A DNA stretch of 64,000 nucleotides, taken from assembly GCA_965214605.1 (NCBI GenBank), contig OZ243961.1:2144001-2208000 (forward strand). The letters are read 5' to 3'. The notes beneath the pieces were generated by a model that saw only the letters and a program-made list of their open reading frames with translations, had not been told where the DNA came from and did no database searches. A program made the translations under genes and the position numbers. Below, one piece after another: positions 18,924 through 27,326 of the stretch. Every line of letters starts with the position of its first letter. Within the stretch, counting starts at the first letter, position 1. This DNA is from an uncultured Candidatus Binatia bacterium. GTDB lineage: Bacteria; Desulfobacterota; Binatia; Bin18.

Positions 18924-21088
18924 CTGTCCTTGCCGTCCTCCGGCGTGGGCTCTGGTGGCGACAGGGCGTCGAGATTGAAACTTGCCTCCCATGACTTGTC
19001 CTCGCCGGGAGTGAACCCGCCGGTCAACTGACCGGTGGTGATACTGGCGATCTCGTAATCGGGCAGATCGACGGTCACCATGCACGCGCCGCGGAACGCG
19101 AGGCCGGACTCCTCGTAGAAGTCGAAGGTACGGGACTCGAACCCGTGGGCCGCGCGATCTTCGGCAAGGGCATCCGGATCGACGGGCGTGATGTTCAGGA
19201 AGAACGCCCCCCTTCTGTCCTTCGCGCGACACGGTTCCTTGACGTAGGCCAAGGTGCTGGCGCCGGTGCCATCGGACTGGAGATACACGTCGAAGTGCGA
19301 GCGACTCACGGGCTCGTCGGACCGGACCGACTGGTACGCTGACCAGGACGCCTCGATCAGGCTGGCCGAGTCGTACAGAAACATCACCCGGTTGTCCGGG
19401 GTGAGCGTGGGGCCTCCCGCGGCGTAGTCGCGTGTGAGCAGGAAGTCGGCGCGATCGAGATTGCCATTGTATACAATGAGGCTTCCGGACAGATAGTAGT
19501 GCAGCGCGTGGCGCGCGCCGGCGAACCGGACGACCACCCCGGAGTCGTATTGCGTCGCGACGACGACGCTCCTGCCCGCCACCGTTTCCCGGATGACTTC
19601 GAAGTCGGCAACGAGCGCCTTCTGGAAATCCGCCGTCCCCCCGCCGTGATTGATCTGGACTATCTCGTAGGCGGAAAAAACGAAAACCAGTAGCGCGGCG
19701 CCGGCCAGGCCGATGAGCGCGGCGCCGCCGGCCAAGCGGCGCACGCCCAGTAGAACGAGCGAGAACAGGACCAGCGGAATACCGAGATAGAACAGACCCT
19801 CATAGGCGTGGAAGGCAGTGTTGTAGCGTAGGGGCAGCGACCAGCAGAAGCCGGATAGCACCAGGGCCGCCGGCGGAAGCCGCTGGCGGAGCCGGCGGAC
19901 AAGCATCAGGCCGATCAGGGACGCTCCGAACATGACGTAGCCACCGGTGGCGCTCTGCGGTCCCCACGGCGTGGTCGAGTATATCGCCGCGGCATCATTG
20001 ACACGCCGCGCCATGGAGACGGGAAGCGAGCTACCGCCGCCGATGCGCGAGAACTGCTCCTCCAGGAATGACGGCCAGTCCAAGCCACCGTAGGCGTGGT
20101 AGGCCGTATCCACTCCGACGCGCTTCAGCATCGACTGGAAGGACGGCAATTCCGTCAGTGTGTGCTGACTCAGTGCGCGCCATTCATTGGCAAAATTGAA
20201 GGTCAGGAGCGACACGCCGATAAGCAACGCCACCGCGCCGAGCGTCAGGTAGCGACCGAGAAGTGGCGCGGCGGTCGAAGCCGTCAAGTGCTTCCGGTTG
20301 CCGTGAGCGGGACCCGCCGAACGCACACGGACAAGTTCGCTAACCACGCCGAGCGCAATGAATGCCGCCAGCAGCCCGAAGACGTGCCAGCCCAGCAGCA
20401 GCGACACCAGAGTCTTGACCAGCAACTGCCGGAAGCGGCCCTCTTGGACGAAGACGACCAGGCCGTGAAAGGTCAACATGATGCCGAACAGATCCATGCT
20501 CGTCTTGGGGTGGATCATGTCGTTGTAATACAGGCAATAGGGCGAGGAGAACGCCAGGAGCGTGGCCGTCAGGGCGATCCACCGGTTGGATGGGGAATCA
20601 ATGAGCCTGAGGACCGCAAGGTACGCCAGAACCGCAGCGGCGGCGAAAAACAACAGCATCACCATCCTGGCGGCGTAGATCGTCGCCGACAGACCGCCGC
20701 CGAAGGGCAGGGTGGCCAGCTTCAAGAGCGCGTAACCACCCATCGGAAAGCGGTTGTACGGGGCATAGCCGACAGGGAACCCCGGATTTGGAAACTGTCG
20801 CTGGAACATCAGAAGACCGTGTTCGGGAGAGAGGTTCACGGCGACCGCAAGGTGCTCCGACGACACCCAGTTGTGGTCGCCGGGCCGGTAGAAATACCCC
20901 CGGTCGCCGCCGAAGACGAAGACGGTCGACAGCGCCAGCAACAGCAGACCCAAAGGAAGGAACGACCGGCTGGTCGGATCCCTTAGGAAATAATACTGGC
21001 TGCGGACCTCGTTCTCGTCTTGTTCGTTCTCGTCCACCGATACCGCGGCCTCAAATTCTTTGAGCATGGCTTGAGTCTGGATAGGCAT
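18878..21088 (-). CDS. Multi-TM membrane protein copy A (GT-C/ArnT-PMT-like by inference), chimeric at both ends
   Basis: Core 18924-20983 near-identical to 21601-23660; N-terminus comes from the small acidic gene, C-terminal WKRELKEKKLGESS from the TPR gene. Confidence 0.7.
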   Translation of the reverse strand: MPIQTQAMLKEFEAAVSVDENEQDENEVRSQYYFLRDPTSRSFLPLGLLLLALSTVFVFGGDRGYFYRPGDHNWVSSEHLAVAVNLSPEHGLLMFQRQFPNPGFPVGYAPYNRFPMGGYALLKLATLPFGGGLSATIYAARMVMLLFFAAAAVLAYLAVLRLIDSPSNRWIALTATLLAFSSPYCLYYNDMIHPKTSMDLFGIMLTFHGLVVFVQEGRFRQLLVKTLVSLLLGWHVFGLLAAFIALGVVSELVRVRSAGPAHGNRKHLTASTAAPLLGRYLTLGAVALLIGVSLLTFNFANEWRALSQHTLTELPSFQSMLKRVGVDTAYHAYGGLDWPSFLEEQFSRIGGGSSLPVSMARRVNDAAAIYSTTPWGPQSATGGYVMFGASLIGLMLVRRLRQRLPPAALVLSGFCWSLPLRYNTAFHAYEGLFYLGIPLVLFSLVLLGVRRLAGGAALIGLAGAALLVFVFSAYEIVQINHGGGTADFQKALVADFEVIRETVAGRSVVVATQYDSGVVVRFAGARHALHYYLSGSLIVYNGNLDRADFLLTRDYAAGGPTLTPDNRVMFLYDSASLIEASWSAYQSVRSDEPVSRSHFDVYLQSDGTGASTLAYVKEPCRAKDRRGAFFLNITPVDPDALAEDRAAHGFESRTFDFYEESGLAFRGACMVTVDLPDYEIASITTGQLTGGFTPGEDKSWEASFNLDALSPPEPTPEDGKDSWKRELKEKKLGESS

Positions 21089-21169
21089 TACTGTGTTCGG
21101 CCATATCCACCTCGGTCAGACGCTTACGAGCTCTCACCCAGCTTTTTCTCTTTCAACTCCCGCTTCCAG
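20984..21169. repeat. Direct repeat, right copy (186 bp, internally deleted)
   Basis: Counterpart of 18664-18923. Confidence 0.92.
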
Positions 21170-21474
21170 TCGAGCACGCGGGCCTTGGCCGCCTCAGCCT
21201 CAGCCTCAGAAATCATACCCTTCTGCTGATAGAAGCGAGACAAGATGGTAAACCCCATGGCATCATCCGGGGTCAGGGCGATTAGCCGTTTGGCCGTCTC
21301 AATCGCTTCATCGAGCATGTCCTTATCGGCATACGCGTGGGCTAGATCGTGCACGGCATCGACGTAGGTGGGATCGATGTCGAGAATTGCTGTGTAGGTC
21401 TCAATCGCCCTGTCGGCTTCCCCGTCACACAGCAGATCGTAGGCTCGATCGTACAGTTCTTCGATAGACAGCAT
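21124..21474 (-). CDS. Small tetratricopeptide-repeat protein
   Basis: AIETYTAILDIDPTYVDAVHDLAHAY, LTPDDAMGFTILSRFY; GAGGAG RBS. Confidence 0.88.
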   Translation of the reverse strand: MLSIEELYDRAYDLLCDGEADRAIETYTAILDIDPTYVDAVHDLAHAYADKDMLDEAIETAKRLIALTPDDAMGFTILSRFYQQKGMISEAEAEAAKARVLDWKRELKEKKLGESS

Positions 21475-21593
21475 GAATGACTCTCCTCAAATAAGAATCC
21501 TGCCGTGTTCTTGGCACGACTAGAGGTCCTCACCTCCTCCATGTGCGGTGAGAGGTGCTGGGGTGCATATTGCTCCCGGTGAACACTTGCCTC

Positions 21594-23675
21594 TCACGTT
21601 CTGTCCTTGCCGTCCTCCGGCGTGGGCTCTGGTGGCGACAGGGCGTCGAGATTGAAACTTGCCTCCCATGACTTGTCCTCGCCGGGAGTGAACCCGCCGG
21701 TCAACTGACCGGTGGTGATACTGGCGATCTCGTAATCGGGCAGATCGACGGTCACCATGCACGCGCCGCGGAACGCGAGGCCGGACTCCTCGTAGAAGTC
21801 GAAGGTACGGGACTCGAACCCGTGGGCCGCGCGATCTTCGGCAAGGGCATCCGGATCGACGGGCGTGATGTTCAGGAAGAACGCCCCCCTTCTGTCCTTC
21901 GCGCGACACGGTTCCTTGACGTAGGCCAAGGTGCTGGCGCCGGTGCCATCGGACTGGAGATACACGTCGAAGTGCGAGCGACTCACGGGCTCGTCGGACC
22001 GGACCGACTGGTACGCTGACCAGGACGCCTCGATCAGGCTGGCCGAGTCGTACAGAAACATCACCCGGTTGTCCGGGGTGAGCGTGGGGCCTCCCGCGGC
22101 GTAGTCGCGTGTGAGCAGGAAGTCGGCGCGATCGAGATTGCCATTGTATACAATGAGGCTTCCGGACAGATAGTAGTGCAGCGCGTGGCGCGCGCCGGCG
22201 AACCGGACGACCACCCCGGAGTCGTATTGCGTCGCGACGACGACGCTCCTGCCCGCCACCGTTTCCCGGATGACTTCGAAGTCGGCAACGAGCGCCTTCT
22301 GGAAATCCGCCGTCCCCCCGCCGTGATTGATCTGGACTATCTCGTAGGCGGAAAAAACGAAAACCAGTAGCGCGGCGCCGGCCAGGCCGATGAGCGCGGC
22401 GCCGCCGGCCAAGCGGCGCACGCCCAGTAGAACGAGCGAGAACAGGACCAGCGGAATACCGAGATAGAACAGACCCTCATAGGCGTGGAAGGCAGTGTTG
22501 TAGCGTAGGGGCAGCGACCAGCAGAAGCCGGATAGCACCAGGGCCGCCGGCGGAAGCCGCTGGCGGAGCCGGCGGACAAGCATCAGGCCGATCAGGGACG
22601 CTCCGAACATGACGTAGCCACCGGTGGCGCTCTGCGGTCCCCACGGCGTGGTCGAGTATATCGCCGCGGCATCATTGACACGCCGCGCCATGGAGACGGG
22701 AAGCGAGCTACCGCCGCCGATGCGCGAGAACTGCTCCTCCAGGAATGACGGCCAGTCCAAGCCACCGTAGGCGTGGTAGGCCGTATCCACTCCGACGCGC
22801 TTCAGCATCGACTGGAAGGACGGCAATTCCGTCAGTGTGTGCTGACTCAGTGCGCGCCATTCATTGGCAAAATTGAAGGTCAGGAGCGACACGCCGATAA
22901 GCAACGCCACCGCGCCGAGCGTCAGGTAGCGACCGAGAAGTGGCGCGGCGGTCGAAGCCGTCAAGTGCTTCCGGTTGCCGTGAGCGGGACCCGCCGAACG
23001 CACACGGACAAGTTCGCTAACCACGCCGAGCGCAATGAATGCCGCCAGCAGCCCGAAGACGTGCCAGCCCAGCAGCAGCGACACCAGAGTCTTGACCAGC
23101 AACTGCCGGAAGCGGCCCTCTTGGACGAAGACGACCAGGCCGTGAAAGGTCAACATGATGCCGAACAGATCCATGCTCGTCTTGGGGTGGATCATGTCGT
23201 TGTAATACAGGCAATAGGGCGAGGAGAACGCCAGGAGCGTGGCCGTCAGGGCGATCCACCGGTTGGATGGGGAATCAATGAGCCTGAGGACCGCAAGGTA
23301 CGCCAGAACCGCAGCGGCGGCGAAAAACAACAGCATCACCATCCTGGCGGCGTAGATCGTCGCCGACAGACCGCCGCCGAAGGGCAGGGTGGCCAGCTTC
23401 AAGAGCGCGTAACCACCCATCGGAAAGCGGTTGTACGGGTCGTAGCCGACAATGCCCCCCGGATTCGGAAACTGTCGCTGGAACATCAAAAGACCGTGTT
23501 CGGGAGAGAGGTTCACGGCGATCGCAAGCTGCTCCGACGACATCCAGTTGTGGTCACCGGGCCGGTAGAAATACCCCCGGTCGCCGCCGAAGACGAAGAC
23601 GGTCGACAGCGCCAGCAACAGCAGGCCCAAGGGGAGGAACGACCGGCTGATCGGATCCCTCTGGTGCTTGTCCAT
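21594..23675 (-). CDS. Multi-TM membrane protein copy B (most complete), with Cys-containing soluble C-terminal domain
   Basis: Many hydrophobic segments, then FDVYL..LAYVKEPC...FFLNITP.D...C....LPDY.I.SI.TGQ; likely ATG at 23675 after GAAGGG. Confidence 0.8.
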   Translation of the reverse strand: MDKHQRDPISRSFLPLGLLLLALSTVFVFGGDRGYFYRPGDHNWMSSEQLAIAVNLSPEHGLLMFQRQFPNPGGIVGYDPYNRFPMGGYALLKLATLPFGGGLSATIYAARMVMLLFFAAAAVLAYLAVLRLIDSPSNRWIALTATLLAFSSPYCLYYNDMIHPKTSMDLFGIMLTFHGLVVFVQEGRFRQLLVKTLVSLLLGWHVFGLLAAFIALGVVSELVRVRSAGPAHGNRKHLTASTAAPLLGRYLTLGAVALLIGVSLLTFNFANEWRALSQHTLTELPSFQSMLKRVGVDTAYHAYGGLDWPSFLEEQFSRIGGGSSLPVSMARRVNDAAAIYSTTPWGPQSATGGYVMFGASLIGLMLVRRLRQRLPPAALVLSGFCWSLPLRYNTAFHAYEGLFYLGIPLVLFSLVLLGVRRLAGGAALIGLAGAALLVFVFSAYEIVQINHGGGTADFQKALVADFEVIRETVAGRSVVVATQYDSGVVVRFAGARHALHYYLSGSLIVYNGNLDRADFLLTRDYAAGGPTLTPDNRVMFLYDSASLIEASWSAYQSVRSDEPVSRSHFDVYLQSDGTGASTLAYVKEPCRAKDRRGAFFLNITPVDPDALAEDRAAHGFESRTFDFYEESGLAFRGACMVTVDLPDYEIASITTGQLTGGFTPGEDKSWEASFNLDALSPPEPTPEDGKDRT

Positions 23676-24002
23676 CCCTTCACTACCTGACCTGGTTACC
23701 TTGATATCCAAGTAGCGCTTATGACCGCATTGTGTCGTCGTGTAATTCTCTGATAGAAAAGGATATTTTCCATGTCATACAACCCTATGCAGGGGGCTGG
23801 TCATCCTGCTTTACAAATTGCCGAGAACGTCCTGCTTTTAGTATCTTTGCTTTCATCCAACAGCCTCACTCAGATTTGACTCTGAAATCCTCCAGAAAAT
23901 ATTCCAGCTTTACCCCTGCCACCCTAGCAAACTTGGAGGCGTCCAACATCCCCCTCTGGTCAACCCGGAATGCCTCTCCTCACGGCGCTGATGTGTGGAC
24001 CA

Positions 24003-25822
24003 CAAATAAGAATCCTGCCGTGTTCTTGGCACGACTAGAGGTCCTCACCTCCTCCATGTGCGGTGAGAGGTGCTGGGGTGCATATTGCTCCCGGTGAACA
24101 CTTGCCTCTCACGTTCTGTCCTTGCCGTCCTCCGGCGTGGGCTCTGGTGGCGACAGGGCGTCGAGATTGAAACTTGCCTCCCATGACTTGTCCTCGCCGG
24201 GAGTGAACCCGCCGGTCAACTGACCGGTGGTGATACTGGCGATCTCGTAATCGGGCAGATCGACGGTCACCATGCACGCGCCGCGGAACGCGAGGCCGGA
24301 CTCCTCGTAGAAGTCGAAGGTACGGGACTCGAACCCGTGGGCCGCGCGATCTTCGGCAAGGGCATCCGGATCGACGGGCGTGATGTTCAGGAAGAACGCC
24401 CCCCTTCTGTCCTTCGCGCGACACGGTTCCTTGACGTAGGCCAAGGTGCTGGCGCCGGTGCCATCGGACTGGAGATACACGTCGAAGTGCGAGCGACTCA
24501 CGGGCTCGTCGGACCGGACCGACTGGTACGCTGACCAGGACGCCTCGATCAGGCTGGCCGAGTCGTACAGAAACATCACCCGGTTGTCCGGGGTGAGCGT
24601 GGGGCCTCCCGCGGCGTAGTCGCGTGTGAGCAGGAAGTCGGCGCGATCGAGATTGCCATTGTATACAATGAGGCTTCCGGACAGATAGTAGTGCAGCGCG
24701 TGGCGCGCGCCGGCGAACCGGACGACCACCCCGGAGTCGTATTGCGTCGCGACGACGACGCTCCTGCCCGCCACCGTTTCCCGGATGACTTCGAAGTCGG
24801 CAACGAGCGCCTTCTGGAAATCCGCCGTCCCCCCGCCGTGATTGATCTGGACTATCTCGTAGGCGGAAAAAACGAAAACCAGTAGCGCGGCGCCGGCCAG
24901 GCCGATGAGCGCGGCGCCGCCGGCCAAGCGGCGCACGCCCAGTAGAACGAGCGAGAACAGGACCAGCGGAATACCGAGATAGAACAGACCCTCGTCGGTG
25001 TGCATGTGAGTGTTGTGGCGTAGGGGCAGCGACCAGCAGAAGCCGGATAGCACCAGGGCCGCCGGCGGAAGCCGCTGGCGGAGCCGGCGGACAAGCATCA
25101 GGCCGATCAGGGACGCTCCGGACATGACGTAGCCACCGGTGGCGCTCTGCGGTCCCCACGGCGTGGTCGAGTATATCGCCGCGGCATCATTGACACGCCG
25201 CGCCATGGAGACGGGAAGCGAGCTACCGCCGCCGATGCGCGAGAACTGCTCCTCCAGGAATGACGGCCAGTCCAAGCCACCGTAGGCGTGGTAGGCCGTA
25301 CTCACTCCGATGCGCTTCAGCATCGACTGGAAGGACGGCAATTCCGTCAGTGTGTGCTGACGGATACGGTTCAGGGCGCGCCATTCATTGGCAAAATTGA
25401 AGGTCAGGAGCGACACGCCGATAAGCAACGCCACCGCGCCGAGCGTCAGGTAGCGACCGAGAAGTGGCGCGGCGGTCGAAGCCGTCAAGTGCTTCCGGTT
25501 GCCATGATCGGGACCCGCCGAACGCACACGGACAAGTTCGCTAACCACGCCGAGCGCAATGAATGCCGCCAGCAGCCCGAAGACGTGCCAGCCCAGCAGC
25601 AGCGACACCAGAGTCTTGACCAGCAACTGCCGGAAGCGGCCCTCTTGGACGAAGACGACCAGGCCGTGAAAGGTCAACATGATGCCGAACAGATCCATGC
25701 TCGTCTTGGGGTGGATCATGTCGTTGTAATACAGGCAATAGGGCGAGGAGAACGCCAGGAGCGTGGCCGTCAGGGCGATCCACCGGTTGGATGGGGAATC
25801 AATGAGCCTGAGGACCGCAAGG
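24003..25822. repeat. Tandem duplicate of the 21488-based segment (offset 2515), including 113 bp of shared flank
   Basis: CAAATAAGAATCCTGCC... at 21488 and 24003; identity ends at ...GACCGCAAGG 25822. Confidence 0.92.
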
Positions 25823-25848
25823 GAATTTCCCACCTCTTCTCCCAACAC
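24109..25848 (-). CDS. Multi-TM membrane protein copy C, 5'-truncated, with a new short N-terminus
   Basis: Lacks roughly the first 120 codons of copy B; in frame with GTG/TTG after GGAG in the flank. Confidence 0.65.
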   Translation of the reverse strand: MLGEEVGNSLAVLRLIDSPSNRWIALTATLLAFSSPYCLYYNDMIHPKTSMDLFGIMLTFHGLVVFVQEGRFRQLLVKTLVSLLLGWHVFGLLAAFIALGVVSELVRVRSAGPDHGNRKHLTASTAAPLLGRYLTLGAVALLIGVSLLTFNFANEWRALNRIRQHTLTELPSFQSMLKRIGVSTAYHAYGGLDWPSFLEEQFSRIGGGSSLPVSMARRVNDAAAIYSTTPWGPQSATGGYVMSGASLIGLMLVRRLRQRLPPAALVLSGFCWSLPLRHNTHMHTDEGLFYLGIPLVLFSLVLLGVRRLAGGAALIGLAGAALLVFVFSAYEIVQINHGGGTADFQKALVADFEVIRETVAGRSVVVATQYDSGVVVRFAGARHALHYYLSGSLIVYNGNLDRADFLLTRDYAAGGPTLTPDNRVMFLYDSASLIEASWSAYQSVRSDEPVSRSHFDVYLQSDGTGASTLAYVKEPCRAKDRRGAFFLNITPVDPDALAEDRAAHGFESRTFDFYEESGLAFRGACMVTVDLPDYEIASITTGQLTGGFTPGEDKSWEASFNLDALSPPEPTPEDGKDRT

Positions 25849-26202
25849 ATACTCCGGTTGAGAACAGCCCCACCTACGGAAAACGAGCGAGTTGATATGG
25901 ACAAAGCTTTCTCCCGTCTTTGGGCAACAGCTCCCTGTGGGGTCTGGAGTGTTGGTTCTCTTTCCTCCAATACCAACCTATGCTGGAGCTTTCTGATAGG
26001 GCATAACTTCTCCTCGTGTCTCGCCTTCCGACACTCCTTATAGGCGATTCTCCCAGATTCTTGCGTAGCGTGATCAGCATAACCGCCTCGCTCTTCAGCT
26101 TGCTGTCTAGAGGAATGTTCGCTGCGCTCATGGCCGCCTTTTCCCGGAGTGTTGCGATGAGCCTATTTACACCATACGACCAAGCCCGGTACAGTTTGCC
26201 GT

Positions 26203-27291
26203 ATGGCCGAAATGGGTGTTGAAACGGACGTACTCAATTTTATTGCCGTCCCTGAGGGCAGAGATTTTAACGCGTTGGCGCTAACCGTTTTTGCTCATCA
26301 GTTCGAGCGCAACAAGCCGTATCAACGCTTTTGCGTCGCCCGGGGCGCCAACCCTGATCGCGTCACCCGCTGGCAGGATATCCCGGCTGTGCCGACCGTT
26401 GCATTTAAAGAGTTGGATCTCAGCTGTGGTCCACCCCAAAAGATTTTTCGGACCAGCGGCACCACCCGCGGCCAGGACAAACGGGGCCGTCATCTGGTCC
26501 CCGACCTACGTCTGTATCACGCCTCGGCCCTGGCCCATTTCGATCAGTGTGTCGTGCCCGACGGTAGGCAGCTGCGGGTATTGGCCCTTATTCCTTCCCT
26601 GTCCGTCCGCCCGGATTCCTCGCTCAGCCAGATGGCAGAGTGGATTATCGCTGAACGAGGTGAACCGGGCAGCCAATTTTTTATTGACTCCACTGGTATT
26701 CAGCTCGAGTCCTTTGCCGCCGCCCTAACCCAGGCCCAAGCCGAGGGCAGCCCAGTCTGTATTCTGGCCATCACCGCTGCTCTGGTGGCCTTCTTCGACT
26801 GGTGTGCCCGCCAGCAGACCGCCTTCGCCTTGCCCGCCAGCAGCCGCGTCATGGACACCGGCGGCGATAAAGGTCAGCGACGACCGCTGTCTCGGAAGGG
26901 GCTTTTTCACGCCTGCTGGAAGTATCTGAAAGTCGCCGGCTACTCCTGTATCAATGAATATGGCATGACCGAGATGGCCTCACAGTTTTATGACAATGTG
27001 TTGTATAACCGATTTTATCACGGGAACGAGCCACGCTATAAAATCGGGCCGGCCTGGACCCGCACCCTCGTGGTCGACCCGGACAGCCTCCAAGCAGTCC
27101 CGCTGGGTCAGCCCGGCGTCCTCCGCCACTTTGACCTGGCCAACTGTGGATCGGTCATGGCGATTCAGACCGATGATGTCGGCCATCTGACGCGAGCCGG
27201 ATTCGAGTTGAACGGCCGCATCCCGGGCACTGAGGCACGCGGGTGTGCCTTGGCCTTGGACGAGTTTTTAGCCACGCTGGACAAGAGCTAA
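26203..27291 (+). CDS. LuxE/PaaK-like acyl-protein synthetase (long-chain fatty acid ligase)
   Basis: IPAVPTVAFK, FRTSGTT, MDTGGDKG, NEYGMTEMASQFY, IQTDDVG, GR....EARGC. Confidence 0.9.
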   Translation: MAEMGVETDVLNFIAVPEGRDFNALALTVFAHQFERNKPYQRFCVARGANPDRVTRWQDIPAVPTVAFKELDLSCGPPQKIFRTSGTTRGQDKRGRHLVPDLRLYHASALAHFDQCVVPDGRQLRVLALIPSLSVRPDSSLSQMAEWIIAERGEPGSQFFIDSTGIQLESFAAALTQAQAEGSPVCILAITAALVAFFDWCARQQTAFALPASSRVMDTGGDKGQRRPLSRKGLFHACWKYLKVAGYSCINEYGMTEMASQFYDNVLYNRFYHGNEPRYKIGPAWTRTLVVDPDSLQAVPLGQPGVLRHFDLANCGSVMAIQTDDVGHLTRAGFELNGRIPGTEARGCALALDEFLATLDKS

Positions 27292-27326
27292 CACAACCAA
27301 GCCGCCGCTGTGGCGTTTGACTGCCT

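Noticed and set aside
18878-25848. Diversity-generating retroelement (TR/VR) explanation for the variant copies
   Set aside because: Changes are not adenine-specific, include silent changes and a 9-bp indel, and there is no reverse transcriptase in the window.
20096-26043. Long plus-strand and alternate-frame ORFs over the repeated gene (e.g. 20096-20986, 24035-25159)
   Set aside because: Shadow ORFs typical of high-GC coding DNA.
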